From: a virus
Length of the DNA: 64,000 bases
IMG/VR virus record: IMGVR_UViG_3300013233_000436
Coordinates: 4,804-68,803 of that record
Direction: 5' to 3' (one strand)
Part shown: in pieces, positions 36,348-45,968 of the stretch
Layout of the letters: each line of letters opens with the position of its first letter
Numbering within the stretch: position 1 is the stretch's first letter
The notes under the pieces: generated by a model
Seen by the model: the letters and a program-made list of their open reading frames with translations, nothing else
The model's database searches: none
Told to the model about the DNA's origin: nothing
Made by a program: the position numbers and the translations under genes

Positions 36348-37103
36348 ATGAGTTGGCTATCCAAGCGTCTGACCCCTGCAAAGCAAAATTCCCCTGTTTG
36401 GGTTGAGTTATCCGATGCGGTGGCGACCTTTTGGGATGAACAGCTCTTGCCAGATATTGAGCGAATGGAAAACGCTAAGACCATTTTTCATGCTCACCCT
36501 GATGATCTTGATCGGGTTCTGGAAGAGCTGGGAGACCTGTTTGATGTTGATAACGGTCTCTCCGATACAGATAAGCCAATTGCCATAAGTTGGCGCAGAA
36601 ACGAGGTGCATCTGAAAAGCACCACAGACCCGATTCAGTCGATAATTGCCAGAAACTTCAAAGGCATGAGGGCTAAGTGGGAGCCTCTTTACTGCAATGT
36701 AAATGATGATTACGCCACCGCCACACTTATGACGGAGGCGCAGATTACAGCCGATGGAAGTTCTTTAGACCAGTGGTTTATGACTTCGCGCGGCTCCATT
36801 GTTTTAGATTCCGCTGATATATTGCGGCTTGGCCTGACGCTGAATGAGGCGATAATCAAGGCCAAGAGAGAGGTTGAGAAGGTTCGCGCCGCCCACACTG
36901 TAATGGACGGCTTTATGACCTCTGCACGGGTGAGCAACGGCATGGCGATAGGCAACGCCATAAAACGCTCCCTTGGCACTGCCAAAATTGACAGCAAACC
37001 GGACAACATGAATATTGAGGTGCAGGCAACAATGGAAACAATCTTTGGTTGTGTCGGATTCAGGCCAACAGGTGTGGCCACATTTAGCGGCACACTTAAC
37101 TAG
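36348..37103 (+). CDS. Baseplate protein, P1 gp16-like
   Basis: SWLSKRLTPAKQNSPVW, LEELGDLF, WEPLY, FMTSRG. Confidence 0.75.
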   Translation: MSWLSKRLTPAKQNSPVWVELSDAVATFWDEQLLPDIERMENAKTIFHAHPDDLDRVLEELGDLFDVDNGLSDTDKPIAISWRRNEVHLKSTTDPIQSIIARNFKGMRAKWEPLYCNVNDDYATATLMTEAQITADGSSLDQWFMTSRGSIVLDSADILRLGLTLNEAIIKAKREVEKVRAAHTVMDGFMTSARVSNGMAIGNAIKRSLGTAKIDSKPDNMNIEVQATMETIFGCVGFRPTGVATFSGTLN

Positions 37104-37649
37104 ATGGCTATCCCAGTAATAAACGCCGTCACAACGCTGGTGGGTGCTACCAAGGCGCTTAATCCGGCTCCTAATACCGTGGGCATAACCATTACCCATA
37201 TCGGCATTGGTGATGCTGGTGGTGCAGGCTACACAATCCCACCACGGACAACACAAGCCTCACTTGTTAACGAGATTGTCCGCAAGCCAATAAGTCAGAG
37301 CCAAATCTTGCCGGACAGCTTCCAGCTTGACATGGCGGCCTTGTTTGACGGCACGGAACAGCTCGACGTTTGGGAGATTGGGTTTTACGACGATGTTGGA
37401 GACTTGGTTATGGTCTGGTCAAGCACAACAGCCCCGCTTGTCCATAAAGCCGCATCCTTGAAGCTGATCCTTGGGGTGAGCTTGGTTGTCGTTGATCTGA
37501 ACATCGGCAATATAACCATACAAGATACCGGCGTTAACCTTGGCTTGTTTTTGGCAGGCGATTACGCCGTATTCCTGAAAGCGATAGCCGATAACGCAAC
37601 CGCACAAATTGAAATGAAATTTGCACTAATTGACGCAGGAATAATTTAA
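37104..37649 (+). CDS. Tail-collar fibre protein (DUF3751-like)
   Basis: ITITHIGIGDAGG, LVNEIVR, VWEIGFYD. Confidence 0.75.
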   Translation: MAIPVINAVTTLVGATKALNPAPNTVGITITHIGIGDAGGAGYTIPPRTTQASLVNEIVRKPISQSQILPDSFQLDMAALFDGTEQLDVWEIGFYDDVGDLVMVWSSTTAPLVHKAASLKLILGVSLVVVDLNIGNITIQDTGVNLGLFLAGDYAVFLKAIADNATAQIEMKFALIDAGII

Positions 37650-38602
37650 TGGCCACAACAGCAGAGCAAGCAATACTTGATGCAACAGCAGCGGTAACCA
37701 ATCTCGCCAATGTGGTAAATACAAAGCAGGCGGCGATTCAAGCGGATATGGATACAGCCTTGGCCACTATTGATGCGAGCATGGATGCAAAGATTGAGGG
37801 AATAACCATTGTTTATGTTGATAAAGTCAACGGATTAGATACCAATTTTGGAACAGAGGCTTCTCCCGTAAAAACCATCGTTTACGCCATCAAGCAATTC
37901 TCAAAATACAGCAGAAAAGTGAGAGTATACCTGCAATCGGGGCAAGACCATGTTTTTGATGATGTTGTTTATAGTTACGCTGATGAAGTTCGGTTTTTAT
38001 CATGGAATGGTGGCGCAGTCGCACCACGCAACATGCACCTTGATGGCTCAACGCTAGCGGAAATCAAGGCCGCATGGCCATCCATTGTTTCTGTGTCGCC
38101 CGCTGGCGCGAATCAAAACGGCGGCATACTCACGGACACGGCAATGAGGACGGCATTTCATTTTAGCTATATCGTGATTGAAACAGCGCCGATCCCAGTT
38201 GGCCTAGAGGCCAGCTTAACAAATGGATTGTTTTTTCGGCGCGGGGCCTTTGATAGCGACAAGACAATCTCAACTGTGGGGTGTTATTTCGCCCTAAAAT
38301 CTCCGTTTATACACCTAACGATTGGCTCAGGGCTATTAAACATTTCGTCGTATTACGATTTATTTGATTTTTCTGGATTGACATCAGGCGACCCCGTATC
38401 CGACAGATTTGTTGTTAACGAGGGCGGGAAGCCGGTGTGTATTTATATTGCTGGGGTGGTTCTGTCAGGGGTTCCAGCCGGAGAGGTCTACGAGTCTCGG
38501 CTGCTGTCTCACCGAAGCTATGCGTCTGCTACTACGGAAGAAAGCCCTTTCAATATTACAAGCAATTTAAACCTAAGCCGCGCCGTTGCGCCACTAATCT
38601 AA
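37649..38602 (+). CDS. Tail fibre / receptor-binding protein
   Basis: N-terminal coiled coil then VYVDKVNGLDTNFGTEASPVKTI motif. Confidence 0.7.
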   Translation: MATTAEQAILDATAAVTNLANVVNTKQAAIQADMDTALATIDASMDAKIEGITIVYVDKVNGLDTNFGTEASPVKTIVYAIKQFSKYSRKVRVYLQSGQDHVFDDVVYSYADEVRFLSWNGGAVAPRNMHLDGSTLAEIKAAWPSIVSVSPAGANQNGGILTDTAMRTAFHFSYIVIETAPIPVGLEASLTNGLFFRRGAFDSDKTISTVGCYFALKSPFIHLTIGSGLLNISSYYDLFDFSGLTSGDPVSDRFVVNEGGKPVCIYIAGVVLSGVPAGEVYESRLLSHRSYASATTEESPFNITSNLNLSRAVAPLI

Positions 38603-38617
38603 TAAAAGGTATTCCCA

Positions 38618-38905
38618 ATGTCTGAAAAAGATGATAATTTTGAACCGGCTGATCTTCCAGAAGATGAAGATGAAAAACAAGAGCAGGCGAAAAAAGGAAG
38701 GGCGGCAAAAGCCTTTACAGATATTGCCTCTGCCAACAACTTAAAAATGGACAGTACGCAATACATTGGCTACTCACTCGCAAAAGTGGTATCCATTGCA
38801 TCTACTGCAACGGATTTTGCCGACTTTCAGGCAAAGCTTGCTCCATACACGACAATGGCGGATGATTTTATCGCAGCAGTAGAAGCGGTTGAGGCTCCAG
38901 TTTAA
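38618..38905 (+). CDS. Hypothetical protein, possible fibre chaperone
   Basis: Follows tail fibre gene; AAGG SD. Confidence 0.5.
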   Translation: MSEKDDNFEPADLPEDEDEKQEQAKKGRAAKAFTDIASANNLKMDSTQYIGYSLAKVVSIASTATDFADFQAKLAPYTTMADDFIAAVEAVEAPV

Positions 38906-38946
38906 AGAAAAATGTAAGTTCATTCCTCCATATTTCACGGCAAACT
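38903..38946 (+). promoter_or_regulatory. Putative late promoter 4
   Basis: TAAAGAAAAATGTAA - 23 nt - CAAACT upstream of dar operon. Confidence 0.7.
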
Positions 38947-38980
38947 CCTGTAGAATCATATCAAATTTCTATTGGAGGCT

Positions 38981-39592
38981 ATGGCCGTGAGTCGTTCTAC
39001 CTATCTGTCATTCGACTACGAAAAATTCAACGAATCAGGCTTAAAAAAAGTCATAGCTGAGTTTAAAAAACACGATGTTTACGTTACCGGCGTGGTTGCA
39101 ACCAACAAGCCCAAGCGAAAGCAGGGTGTTCAGACCAAAAAGGCCGAATTGTTCTTTAAGGACGGTCAAAAACTAACGCTCCAAGTGACCGCTCAAGGCG
39201 CTATCTTTCAGGTCGCGGTTAACGGTCGAGTTATCCCCATTCGATCCATCAACAACCTCAAGAAAGCCGTCAAAGAGGTGTCAGAGAAGATCCTCAAAAA
39301 CAGCCCCGCATTCCAGAAAGCCCAAGCGCGAAAAATGGCCAAAGCCATCACCGAGCCGGTAGTGGAAAAAAAGAAGGTGGTCAACCTTGCGAGTAAAATC
39401 AAAGCCCTTGAATCTGAAATCACATCATTTGAAGAGACGGCCTCTGACTTGCAGCAGCAGCGCGACAAACTGACCGAAGAATCGCAAACGGTCGAAGCGT
39501 CGAGAGACGACATTGAAAGCAAGCTGCTGATTGAAGAAGATCGAAACAATCAGCTCAAAGCCGAACTGAAACAGCTCAAGGAAAACGCATAA
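38981..39592 (+). CDS. hdf: Hdf, DarA N-terminal-like protein (start may be GTG 38987)
   Basis: FEKFNESGLKKVI..F, FKDGQKLTLQV...IFQVAVNGRVIP plus coiled coil; precedes darA. Confidence 0.75.
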   Translation: MAVSRSTYLSFDYEKFNESGLKKVIAEFKKHDVYVTGVVATNKPKRKQGVQTKKAELFFKDGQKLTLQVTAQGAIFQVAVNGRVIPIRSINNLKKAVKEVSEKILKNSPAFQKAQARKMAKAITEPVVEKKKVVNLASKIKALESEITSFEETASDLQQQRDKLTEESQTVEASRDDIESKLLIEEDRNNQLKAELKQLKENA

Positions 39593-42387
39593 TGAATAAA
39601 ACCATAATCTCCCTCAATCTTGACCTGTTGCCCAAGGGCTTCACAGATTCCGAGTTGAACAGCATTTACTATGATCTGTCCGCTACATCATCTGACCAAG
39701 ACGATCTATTAGAGGCTCCCAGTTTTGCGGTTCTTGATGCTGCCATTAACACCGGCACAGAGATGATTCTTGACAGTGTTGAGGCTAAATACAGGACACT
39801 CCCAAGGGTTCTAAGGTTTTTTAATCACAAGCTTTCTAAGCAATTGGTCACTCAAAGCAAAGGCCCACTTAATTCCAATGGCCCTGTTGAGATCGGAGAC
39901 CCAAAGAAAAGCGCAGGCACAGCCATCGTTACGGCGCGATTCCCTGTCAGTGATGGCCAATACATTACCGCAATGTTTCATGCCCCTGATATGGACCCCC
40001 AAAAGATCAATCCAGACGATACCCTGATTGCCTTTCGTTGGCTTCTGAATGGGCGTGACATTACCCATGTTGTCACCCCTGCATCTAAGGGCGGTACAAT
40101 TCAGGATATAAGCCTTGATACTGTCACAAAGCGACTCGCTCAATTGGCTGAAAAAAATACAATAAAATTCACTGCAAACAGAAAACGTGCAGAGGAGCAA
40201 AAGGCCAAACTCGAAGAACTTGCCGCAAAATCAGAGCAGAATGCCGGTATCGTTTCAGACTTGAACGAGGAAGTTATCTCACTTAATGAGACAATCGACT
40301 CAACAAACAGAAAGGTGACGAAAAAGAGCAAGGCTCTGGAAGATTTGACCTCTGAAAATGACGCTTTGCAGTCTGAAATTGATAACTGGAAAGAGAAGGT
40401 TGCGGCTAAAGCAAAAGCGGCCACATCAAATAGGCCGCCAATGCCATCATCAAGTAATGGTGCAATCAGCTCTGACGATGCCAATGCCGCCGATCTTGTT
40501 AGGGTGAAGCTGGAAGAGCGCATTGAGCGACAAAAGAACATGAAGGCTGCAAACAAGATCATAAAATCCAAAAAAGACGTGAACAGTCGCCTCGCCTCCG
40601 AACTTGGTCTTTCTGGATCTGAAATTGAAGATCTGGTTAATCCCAGGCACACCGCAACCCCTGGATACCAATCATTTACGCTATCCAACAACAATGCAGA
40701 GATCAGGCGGCTTAGAAAGCGCATGGAGGCGCTGGAAAAATTAAGCGCAGAAGAGGATCGTGAGTTTGATTTTGATGGAGGCACAGTTGAGGTTGATACC
40801 GGAGACAATCGGATCAAGATTTATTACACAGTCAAGCCTGATGCAGATGCAAGGAAAGAGCTTAAGCGCAATGGCTTTAAATGGAGTCCAACGAACGGCG
40901 CATGGCAGAGGCAAATAACCCCAGCAGCAAAATATTCAACAAACCTAATCACTGGTGTTGATGTTGACGATGAAAGCCAAGGTGCTGGCGCTGGCCCCGG
41001 TGTTGACGTTGATTCTGCTGCTGATGCTGAAAGCCAAAACACCAACCAAGTAGACCCAATTGCCGCCGTTGATGAAAAGCATAAGTTCAATGGCGCAACC
41101 GATGATTTCAAATCATGGGTTTTTGAGTCAATTGATAAGCCTGACTACAGCCCATTTTTATCAGCAGTGACGCTCGATGAAGCCGCCAAGAAAAACGGCC
41201 TTGAAATTTCAGGCTGGGATTATCCTGGAGTTACTGATGGGAATATCGCCACGATAAAAAACAATGGCTCAAGTGTTGGCTACATTGATATTGGCGACGA
41301 TGGAAAGTCGATGGTGTTTAATACCGATGGCAGCAGAGCGATGAGTGACATCTATTACACAGAGGATCTTGGTGATCTTGCTGTTTTTGTTGAGGCTTTG
41401 GCGAAAACAGCCAACCAACCAGCCGTTGACCCGACTCAAGGCGTTGAGCAGCCACCGCTTATTGGATCAGAAAAACAAATTGCGTGGGCTGAAAAAATCA
41501 GAGCGAAAATAACCCCCATACTGAGACAGGCCGCATTGGTGAAATTGGAGCCACCAAAACAAAAAGAAGCCCCTACTGGCAGGCGGCGAAGGGTGAGAGG
41601 CGCTCAAGCAGCATGGGATGATAAATCAATCGTCGAAGCCTTGGAAGCCATAAAAATGGCAATCAATGCGGATCAGGCAGGATTCTGGATTGACAGCCGC
41701 GACGCACACAAGAAAATAGCCGACCTCGATTACAAAGGCGTGACTAAAGAAATCGGTCTTGCTCTCGAAGGGTATTACGAAAATGATGCTCTGAGCTGGA
41801 ACAAGAAAGCACGAAGGGCTGGAGCAGAGATGCTAAAACAAGGTGAAGCCTTGTCAGACCAAAGCGAATATGCCGATGATCTGCCTCCCAGCAAAAGAAA
41901 GCAAATTGTGTTAGAGCATCTGAAAAAGCTTTCGGAGATAACAAATAAAACCGAGCCGATGGATGCTTTGAGTAAAATCAACAACCTCTTGGGTTCTTTT
42001 GGCAATGATGACAACCTTTCTGGTCGAGAGGTGGTTGGACTACTGTCCAGCAATTACAAAAGCAAAGAGCCGTCAACCCAACACCCTAAAAAAATGGTTC
42101 AGTTGGCGCTCATTGACATCAAAGACCAGATGGAAAAAGCCCTCGATAAAATGGATGGTGGGTCGCCCGACAATCAGGCGGAAAAAAGTGGTGATAGCGA
42201 CATCCAACAAAAAATAGCAGCCCTAAAGGATATGCCAGCAGAACAGTATGAGCAGGAAATGACCGCGCTTATTTCAGAGCTTGAGGCAAATGGTCGGCTT
42301 GCTGAATTTGAGGGTGAGTTGGTAAAAATCGACAAGTCGCGTGATGCAGACTTGATTGCCTTGGCCAACAAAACATTGGAGGGCTAA
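39592..42387 (+). CDS. darA: Defence-against-restriction protein DarA with inserted accessory domains
   Basis: FPVSDGQYITAMFHAP...DDTLIAFRWLLNGRDITHVV; coiled coil; LSNNNAEIRR/GFKWSP..AWQR and GSEKQIAWA inserts. Confidence 0.8.
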   Translation: MNKTIISLNLDLLPKGFTDSELNSIYYDLSATSSDQDDLLEAPSFAVLDAAINTGTEMILDSVEAKYRTLPRVLRFFNHKLSKQLVTQSKGPLNSNGPVEIGDPKKSAGTAIVTARFPVSDGQYITAMFHAPDMDPQKINPDDTLIAFRWLLNGRDITHVVTPASKGGTIQDISLDTVTKRLAQLAEKNTIKFTANRKRAEEQKAKLEELAAKSEQNAGIVSDLNEEVISLNETIDSTNRKVTKKSKALEDLTSENDALQSEIDNWKEKVAAKAKAATSNRPPMPSSSNGAISSDDANAADLVRVKLEERIERQKNMKAANKIIKSKKDVNSRLASELGLSGSEIEDLVNPRHTATPGYQSFTLSNNNAEIRRLRKRMEALEKLSAEEDREFDFDGGTVEVDTGDNRIKIYYTVKPDADARKELKRNGFKWSPTNGAWQRQITPAAKYSTNLITGVDVDDESQGAGAGPGVDVDSAADAESQNTNQVDPIAAVDEKHKFNGATDDFKSWVFESIDKPDYSPFLSAVTLDEAAKKNGLEISGWDYPGVTDGNIATIKNNGSSVGYIDIGDDGKSMVFNTDGSRAMSDIYYTEDLGDLAVFVEALAKTANQPAVDPTQGVEQPPLIGSEKQIAWAEKIRAKITPILRQAALVKLEPPKQKEAPTGRRRRVRGAQAAWDDKSIVEALEAIKMAINADQAGFWIDSRDAHKKIADLDYKGVTKEIGLALEGYYENDALSWNKKARRAGAEMLKQGEALSDQSEYADDLPPSKRKQIVLEHLKKLSEITNKTEPMDALSKINNLLGSFGNDDNLSGREVVGLLSSNYKSKEPSTQHPKKMVQLALIDIKDQMEKALDKMDGGSPDNQAEKSGDSDIQQKIAALKDMPAEQYEQEMTALISELEANGRLAEFEGELVKIDKSRDADLIALANKTLEG

Positions 42388-42389
42388 AC

Positions 42390-45300
42390 GTGAAAGCAAT
42401 CCTTGACGGCATGATGTTGACTGAAAGACGCGCCATAAAAGAGGTGATTCGCTCAAATATTGCAAAGCTTATGGGTGATTCAGATCAGGGTGAGGTGTCC
42501 GCCCTACTTTCTGGCAGCAAGGGCGGCAATGGGCTGGATGCCAAAGCCCTGCAAAACAGGGATAGATCAAGGGCAAGCTACCTCTCCCAGATGAAAAAGA
42601 TTGCTGATAACCCCGACTATGACCGAGTGAGTACCAGCAAAACACCTGACACAGGTGCGCCGATGGTTTTTGTTCGCGGAGTTGTCATACCAAAAACGCA
42701 AACGGGAAAAAAAGAAACCATAACGATGGCGGACGGCAAGGGCGGAACTGTAAAGATTCCAGCCATTTACGCCGTCATTGAAGCCAAAAAGATCATTGCA
42801 AGCCACACCTCAAGCGGCGACACAGTGAAGGAGTATGGCGGGAAAACCGGCATTATGGCGCTTAACAATGGCCGAAGTGCTGCACTAAAAAAAGCCTACT
42901 CACAAGGCACTGCAAGCGGCTACAGGGACGCTTTGCTTGAAAACACCCAAGAGCATGGGGTTAGCCTAAAAGCCATTGAGGGGCTAAAAGAGCCTGTTTT
43001 GGTGCGCGTGTTTTCAGAGAGTTCCCTCGATGGCGTAAAAGATGCCGGTGCAGCGTCGAATGTTTCGGCGGGCGCGTCACTGTCATCTACAGAGCAAGCA
43101 GAATCGGATTCAAAGAAAATCAACAATGAAACGCTCTCAAAATACGCAGGCGGTGACATTAACGCAGCCCAAAACAGAGAGTTTGTTTCATCGTTCATCG
43201 ACTCTTTGGGCGGGATTGATGCAAACGGCGATATGTTAACAGCCGAAGGGTTTGTTTCTGCCAGTGGCATCAACCGGATTGAGGCCGCAATGGTATCAAA
43301 AGCGTTTGGTGACAGTGCAACATTGGCTGATCTATCAGAAAGCCCCGACAGTGATCTAAAAAGCCTTGGCAATGCCCTAAAGGATATTTCTGGACGTTGG
43401 GCTGTTATGGTCGATATGGCCAAAAGTGGCGCTATATCACGCTCAATGGATGTGACAAAGCAGCTAAACGAAGCGGTGGCGATTGTCCGAAAATCAAGAC
43501 AGACAAACACCAAGGTTTCAGACCTTGTAGCCCAAGATGATATTTTTTCTGGATCAACAGATCCGGTTGCAAAATCGCTAATCAACCTAATGTACCGCGA
43601 CGGTGGATCAGGCCGAATTCGAAGTGCCGCCAACATTCAAAAGGCACTACACGCCTTCATAGATCAGGCTATGGCCACAACAGATGGCGCTGATATGTTT
43701 GGCTATGAGGCCGACCCCAAGGAGTTGATGGAGCAACAAAAAGCCGCTCTCGAAGCCGAAGAAGTCACACCGCAAACATCCCTATTTGATTCCATTGCTG
43801 GACTGTTTAACTCATGGTCAGAGGCACTAAACAAGGCTGAATTTATCAATATGATTTTTGACTCCACGATCAACAAGGCCGCAAAACAAGTGAACACCAA
43901 CCCGACAGAGGGGCAAATTGAGGCTGGAAACTACGCCAAAGGCAAGGTTTCTATTCAAGGTTTGCGTGTGGTGATCGAGAATCCAAAAGGCTCCACTCGA
44001 TCAGGCGTGAACAAAGACGGGAAACGCTGGGAGTCGAAAATGAAGGCTCATTACGGCTACTTTTCCAGCACCGAGGGCAACGATGGCGACGAAGTGGACG
44101 TGTTCCTTGGTGATCTTGCCGAATCAGCAAGCCCTAAAATATTTGTGGTTAATCAGGTTGATGAAAAAGGCAAGTTTGACGAACACAAGGTGATGTTCGG
44201 ATACAAAGACCTTGCAGCGGCAAAAGCCGGATACCTAGAAAATTATGAGGCCGGATGGCGTGGCCTTGGCTCAATCAAGGAGATTGCTTTGGATAAATTC
44301 AAAGAGTGGGTTCACTCAACCGGAACAAAACAAATTCTTGACTCTGCCAGTGGCGAAATGGGTATTGTTGAGCGCATGAGAATCAAGGGTTTGATCCGTT
44401 CGGGAATAGCTGCATTGTCGGACGACAGTATCGGCATTGCTGAACGCCTGAAAGTCAAAGCAAGCCTAAGAGCGAATATTGCCCTACTTGGTGGCAGACC
44501 AATAAGCGCCGACCCTTACGAGGCGTACAAGGCCAATATTTCAGCAGCAGAAATGAGGCTGAAAGCTGCATCGAGCGCAATGCACAAATTCCCAAAACTT
44601 GCGAACGGCCTAACTCCAGACGACATAAAGCGCACAACGGAGTTTAGGGAGAAAAAATTAGAAAAGGATCTTGCGTTTGAAGCTGTAAGGAAGATAAATA
44701 TCGCCACCCCCAATGAACTCAAGAAAAGGGCGACAGAGGAGCGGAGAGAGGCGAAAATTGCCAAGCTAAACAGCGAAAAGCCGCTAATCAACATGGAAAA
44801 CCTGCCAAACATAGGTGACGACTACAACAAGCCCGAAAACAAAAAACTCGACGCGAAAGAGATTGCCAAAAAGCTACGGAAGCGTTTTAGGGATGCCATC
44901 AAAAGCGGCGACCTCCCTAAGGGTGTGAATTTCAGCATCAAAATAAGTCGGTATTCAGGTGGTCAGAGCATTAACCTGAGAATCAAGAAAATACCCAATT
45001 CAATGAAGCTCCTTAATGATGAATACGTTCTCTGGCAAGATACCAAGGTCGATCAACCCCCCATCGTTCCAGAGCGATTCACCAAAGAAACCGAAAACCT
45101 TATTGAGTTTTTCAAGAGTCACATTCAGTCGTTTAATTTCGATAAAAGCGGCCCAATGACCGACTACTACAATGTTAATTTCTACTCTGATGTTAGCGTT
45201 GAATATGGCCTTGTGCGGGAAAAAACGGCTGAACAGTTGGCGGCGCTTAAGGGTGAGGGCAGCGTACCAATAAGCGAACCCCTGTACGGAAAAGGCGTTG

Positions 45301-45959
45301 ACAGCAGTCAAGCCGCAAGTCTGGCACTGAAAACCCTCGACGACCTGAGCGGGTTCATGCCAAAGCATCAAATGCAGATCGTTCGAGAGTCGTTGCAAGG
45401 AGGCGGGCTAGATTTTGTTGAAGTCGTTAACCGGCTGAAAAAAATAATCTCTACGATGCCAAAACTTAATGAGAACGGTGATATGGGGGATGATGCAGTA
45501 GCGCACCTGCATTACTTCTACTCAAGTGGCGATTGGTGGATAACGGAAAGGGAGGATGGCAAGGATCAAAACACCGCCTTTGGCATAGCCTCAATGAATG
45601 GAATGCCTTTAGAGCTTGGTTATATCGACATTGTAAATAAGCTGGATGATCCAAGAATTGAACTCGATTTTCATTTTAAGCCACAAAGAATCGGAGACAT
45701 AAAAGACCCTATTGCGAGAGAGGCGGCCACATCGCCAGACCCACAAGACCAGCCCAAAACGGAAGAGGAAGAGGCTGTTGCCACCCTTGAATCCATCGTA
45801 AACGGTGATTGGGATGAAAGGGATATGGAGGACATAGAAACAGCACTGTTTGGGGCTGCTGAAAAACTCGAATCCCTTGGGCTTGAAGAGGCGCACAGCG
45901 ATCTGCTTGGAAACGCCGCCGTTAAATATGAATCAATCGACCGCGCAAGAAACGGGTAA
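42390..45959 (+). CDS. ddrB: Polyvalent DdrB-like protein: DdrB/ParB-like, inorganic-pyrophosphatase-like, LPD29-like and DUF2958-like domains
   Basis: LQNRDRSR..GAPMV..NNGR..PVLVR; EAGNYAKG..IENPKGS..HYGY..DGDEVDVF..DEHKVM; SGGQSINL; HLHYF..DWWITE..ELGYI..ELDFHF. Confidence 0.75.
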   Translation: MKAILDGMMLTERRAIKEVIRSNIAKLMGDSDQGEVSALLSGSKGGNGLDAKALQNRDRSRASYLSQMKKIADNPDYDRVSTSKTPDTGAPMVFVRGVVIPKTQTGKKETITMADGKGGTVKIPAIYAVIEAKKIIASHTSSGDTVKEYGGKTGIMALNNGRSAALKKAYSQGTASGYRDALLENTQEHGVSLKAIEGLKEPVLVRVFSESSLDGVKDAGAASNVSAGASLSSTEQAESDSKKINNETLSKYAGGDINAAQNREFVSSFIDSLGGIDANGDMLTAEGFVSASGINRIEAAMVSKAFGDSATLADLSESPDSDLKSLGNALKDISGRWAVMVDMAKSGAISRSMDVTKQLNEAVAIVRKSRQTNTKVSDLVAQDDIFSGSTDPVAKSLINLMYRDGGSGRIRSAANIQKALHAFIDQAMATTDGADMFGYEADPKELMEQQKAALEAEEVTPQTSLFDSIAGLFNSWSEALNKAEFINMIFDSTINKAAKQVNTNPTEGQIEAGNYAKGKVSIQGLRVVIENPKGSTRSGVNKDGKRWESKMKAHYGYFSSTEGNDGDEVDVFLGDLAESASPKIFVVNQVDEKGKFDEHKVMFGYKDLAAAKAGYLENYEAGWRGLGSIKEIALDKFKEWVHSTGTKQILDSASGEMGIVERMRIKGLIRSGIAALSDDSIGIAERLKVKASLRANIALLGGRPISADPYEAYKANISAAEMRLKAASSAMHKFPKLANGLTPDDIKRTTEFREKKLEKDLAFEAVRKINIATPNELKKRATEERREAKIAKLNSEKPLINMENLPNIGDDYNKPENKKLDAKEIAKKLRKRFRDAIKSGDLPKGVNFSIKISRYSGGQSINLRIKKIPNSMKLLNDEYVLWQDTKVDQPPIVPERFTKETENLIEFFKSHIQSFNFDKSGPMTDYYNVNFYSDVSVEYGLVREKTAEQLAALKGEGSVPISEPLYGKGVDSSQAASLALKTLDDLSGFMPKHQMQIVRESLQGGGLDFVEVVNRLKKIISTMPKLNENGDMGDDAVAHLHYFYSSGDWWITEREDGKDQNTAFGIASMNGMPLELGYIDIVNKLDDPRIELDFHFKPQRIGDIKDPIAREAATSPDPQDQPKTEEEEAVATLESIVNGDWDERDMEDIETALFGAAEKLESLGLEEAHSDLLGNAAVKYESIDRARNG

Positions 45960-45968
45960 GGAATTAAT

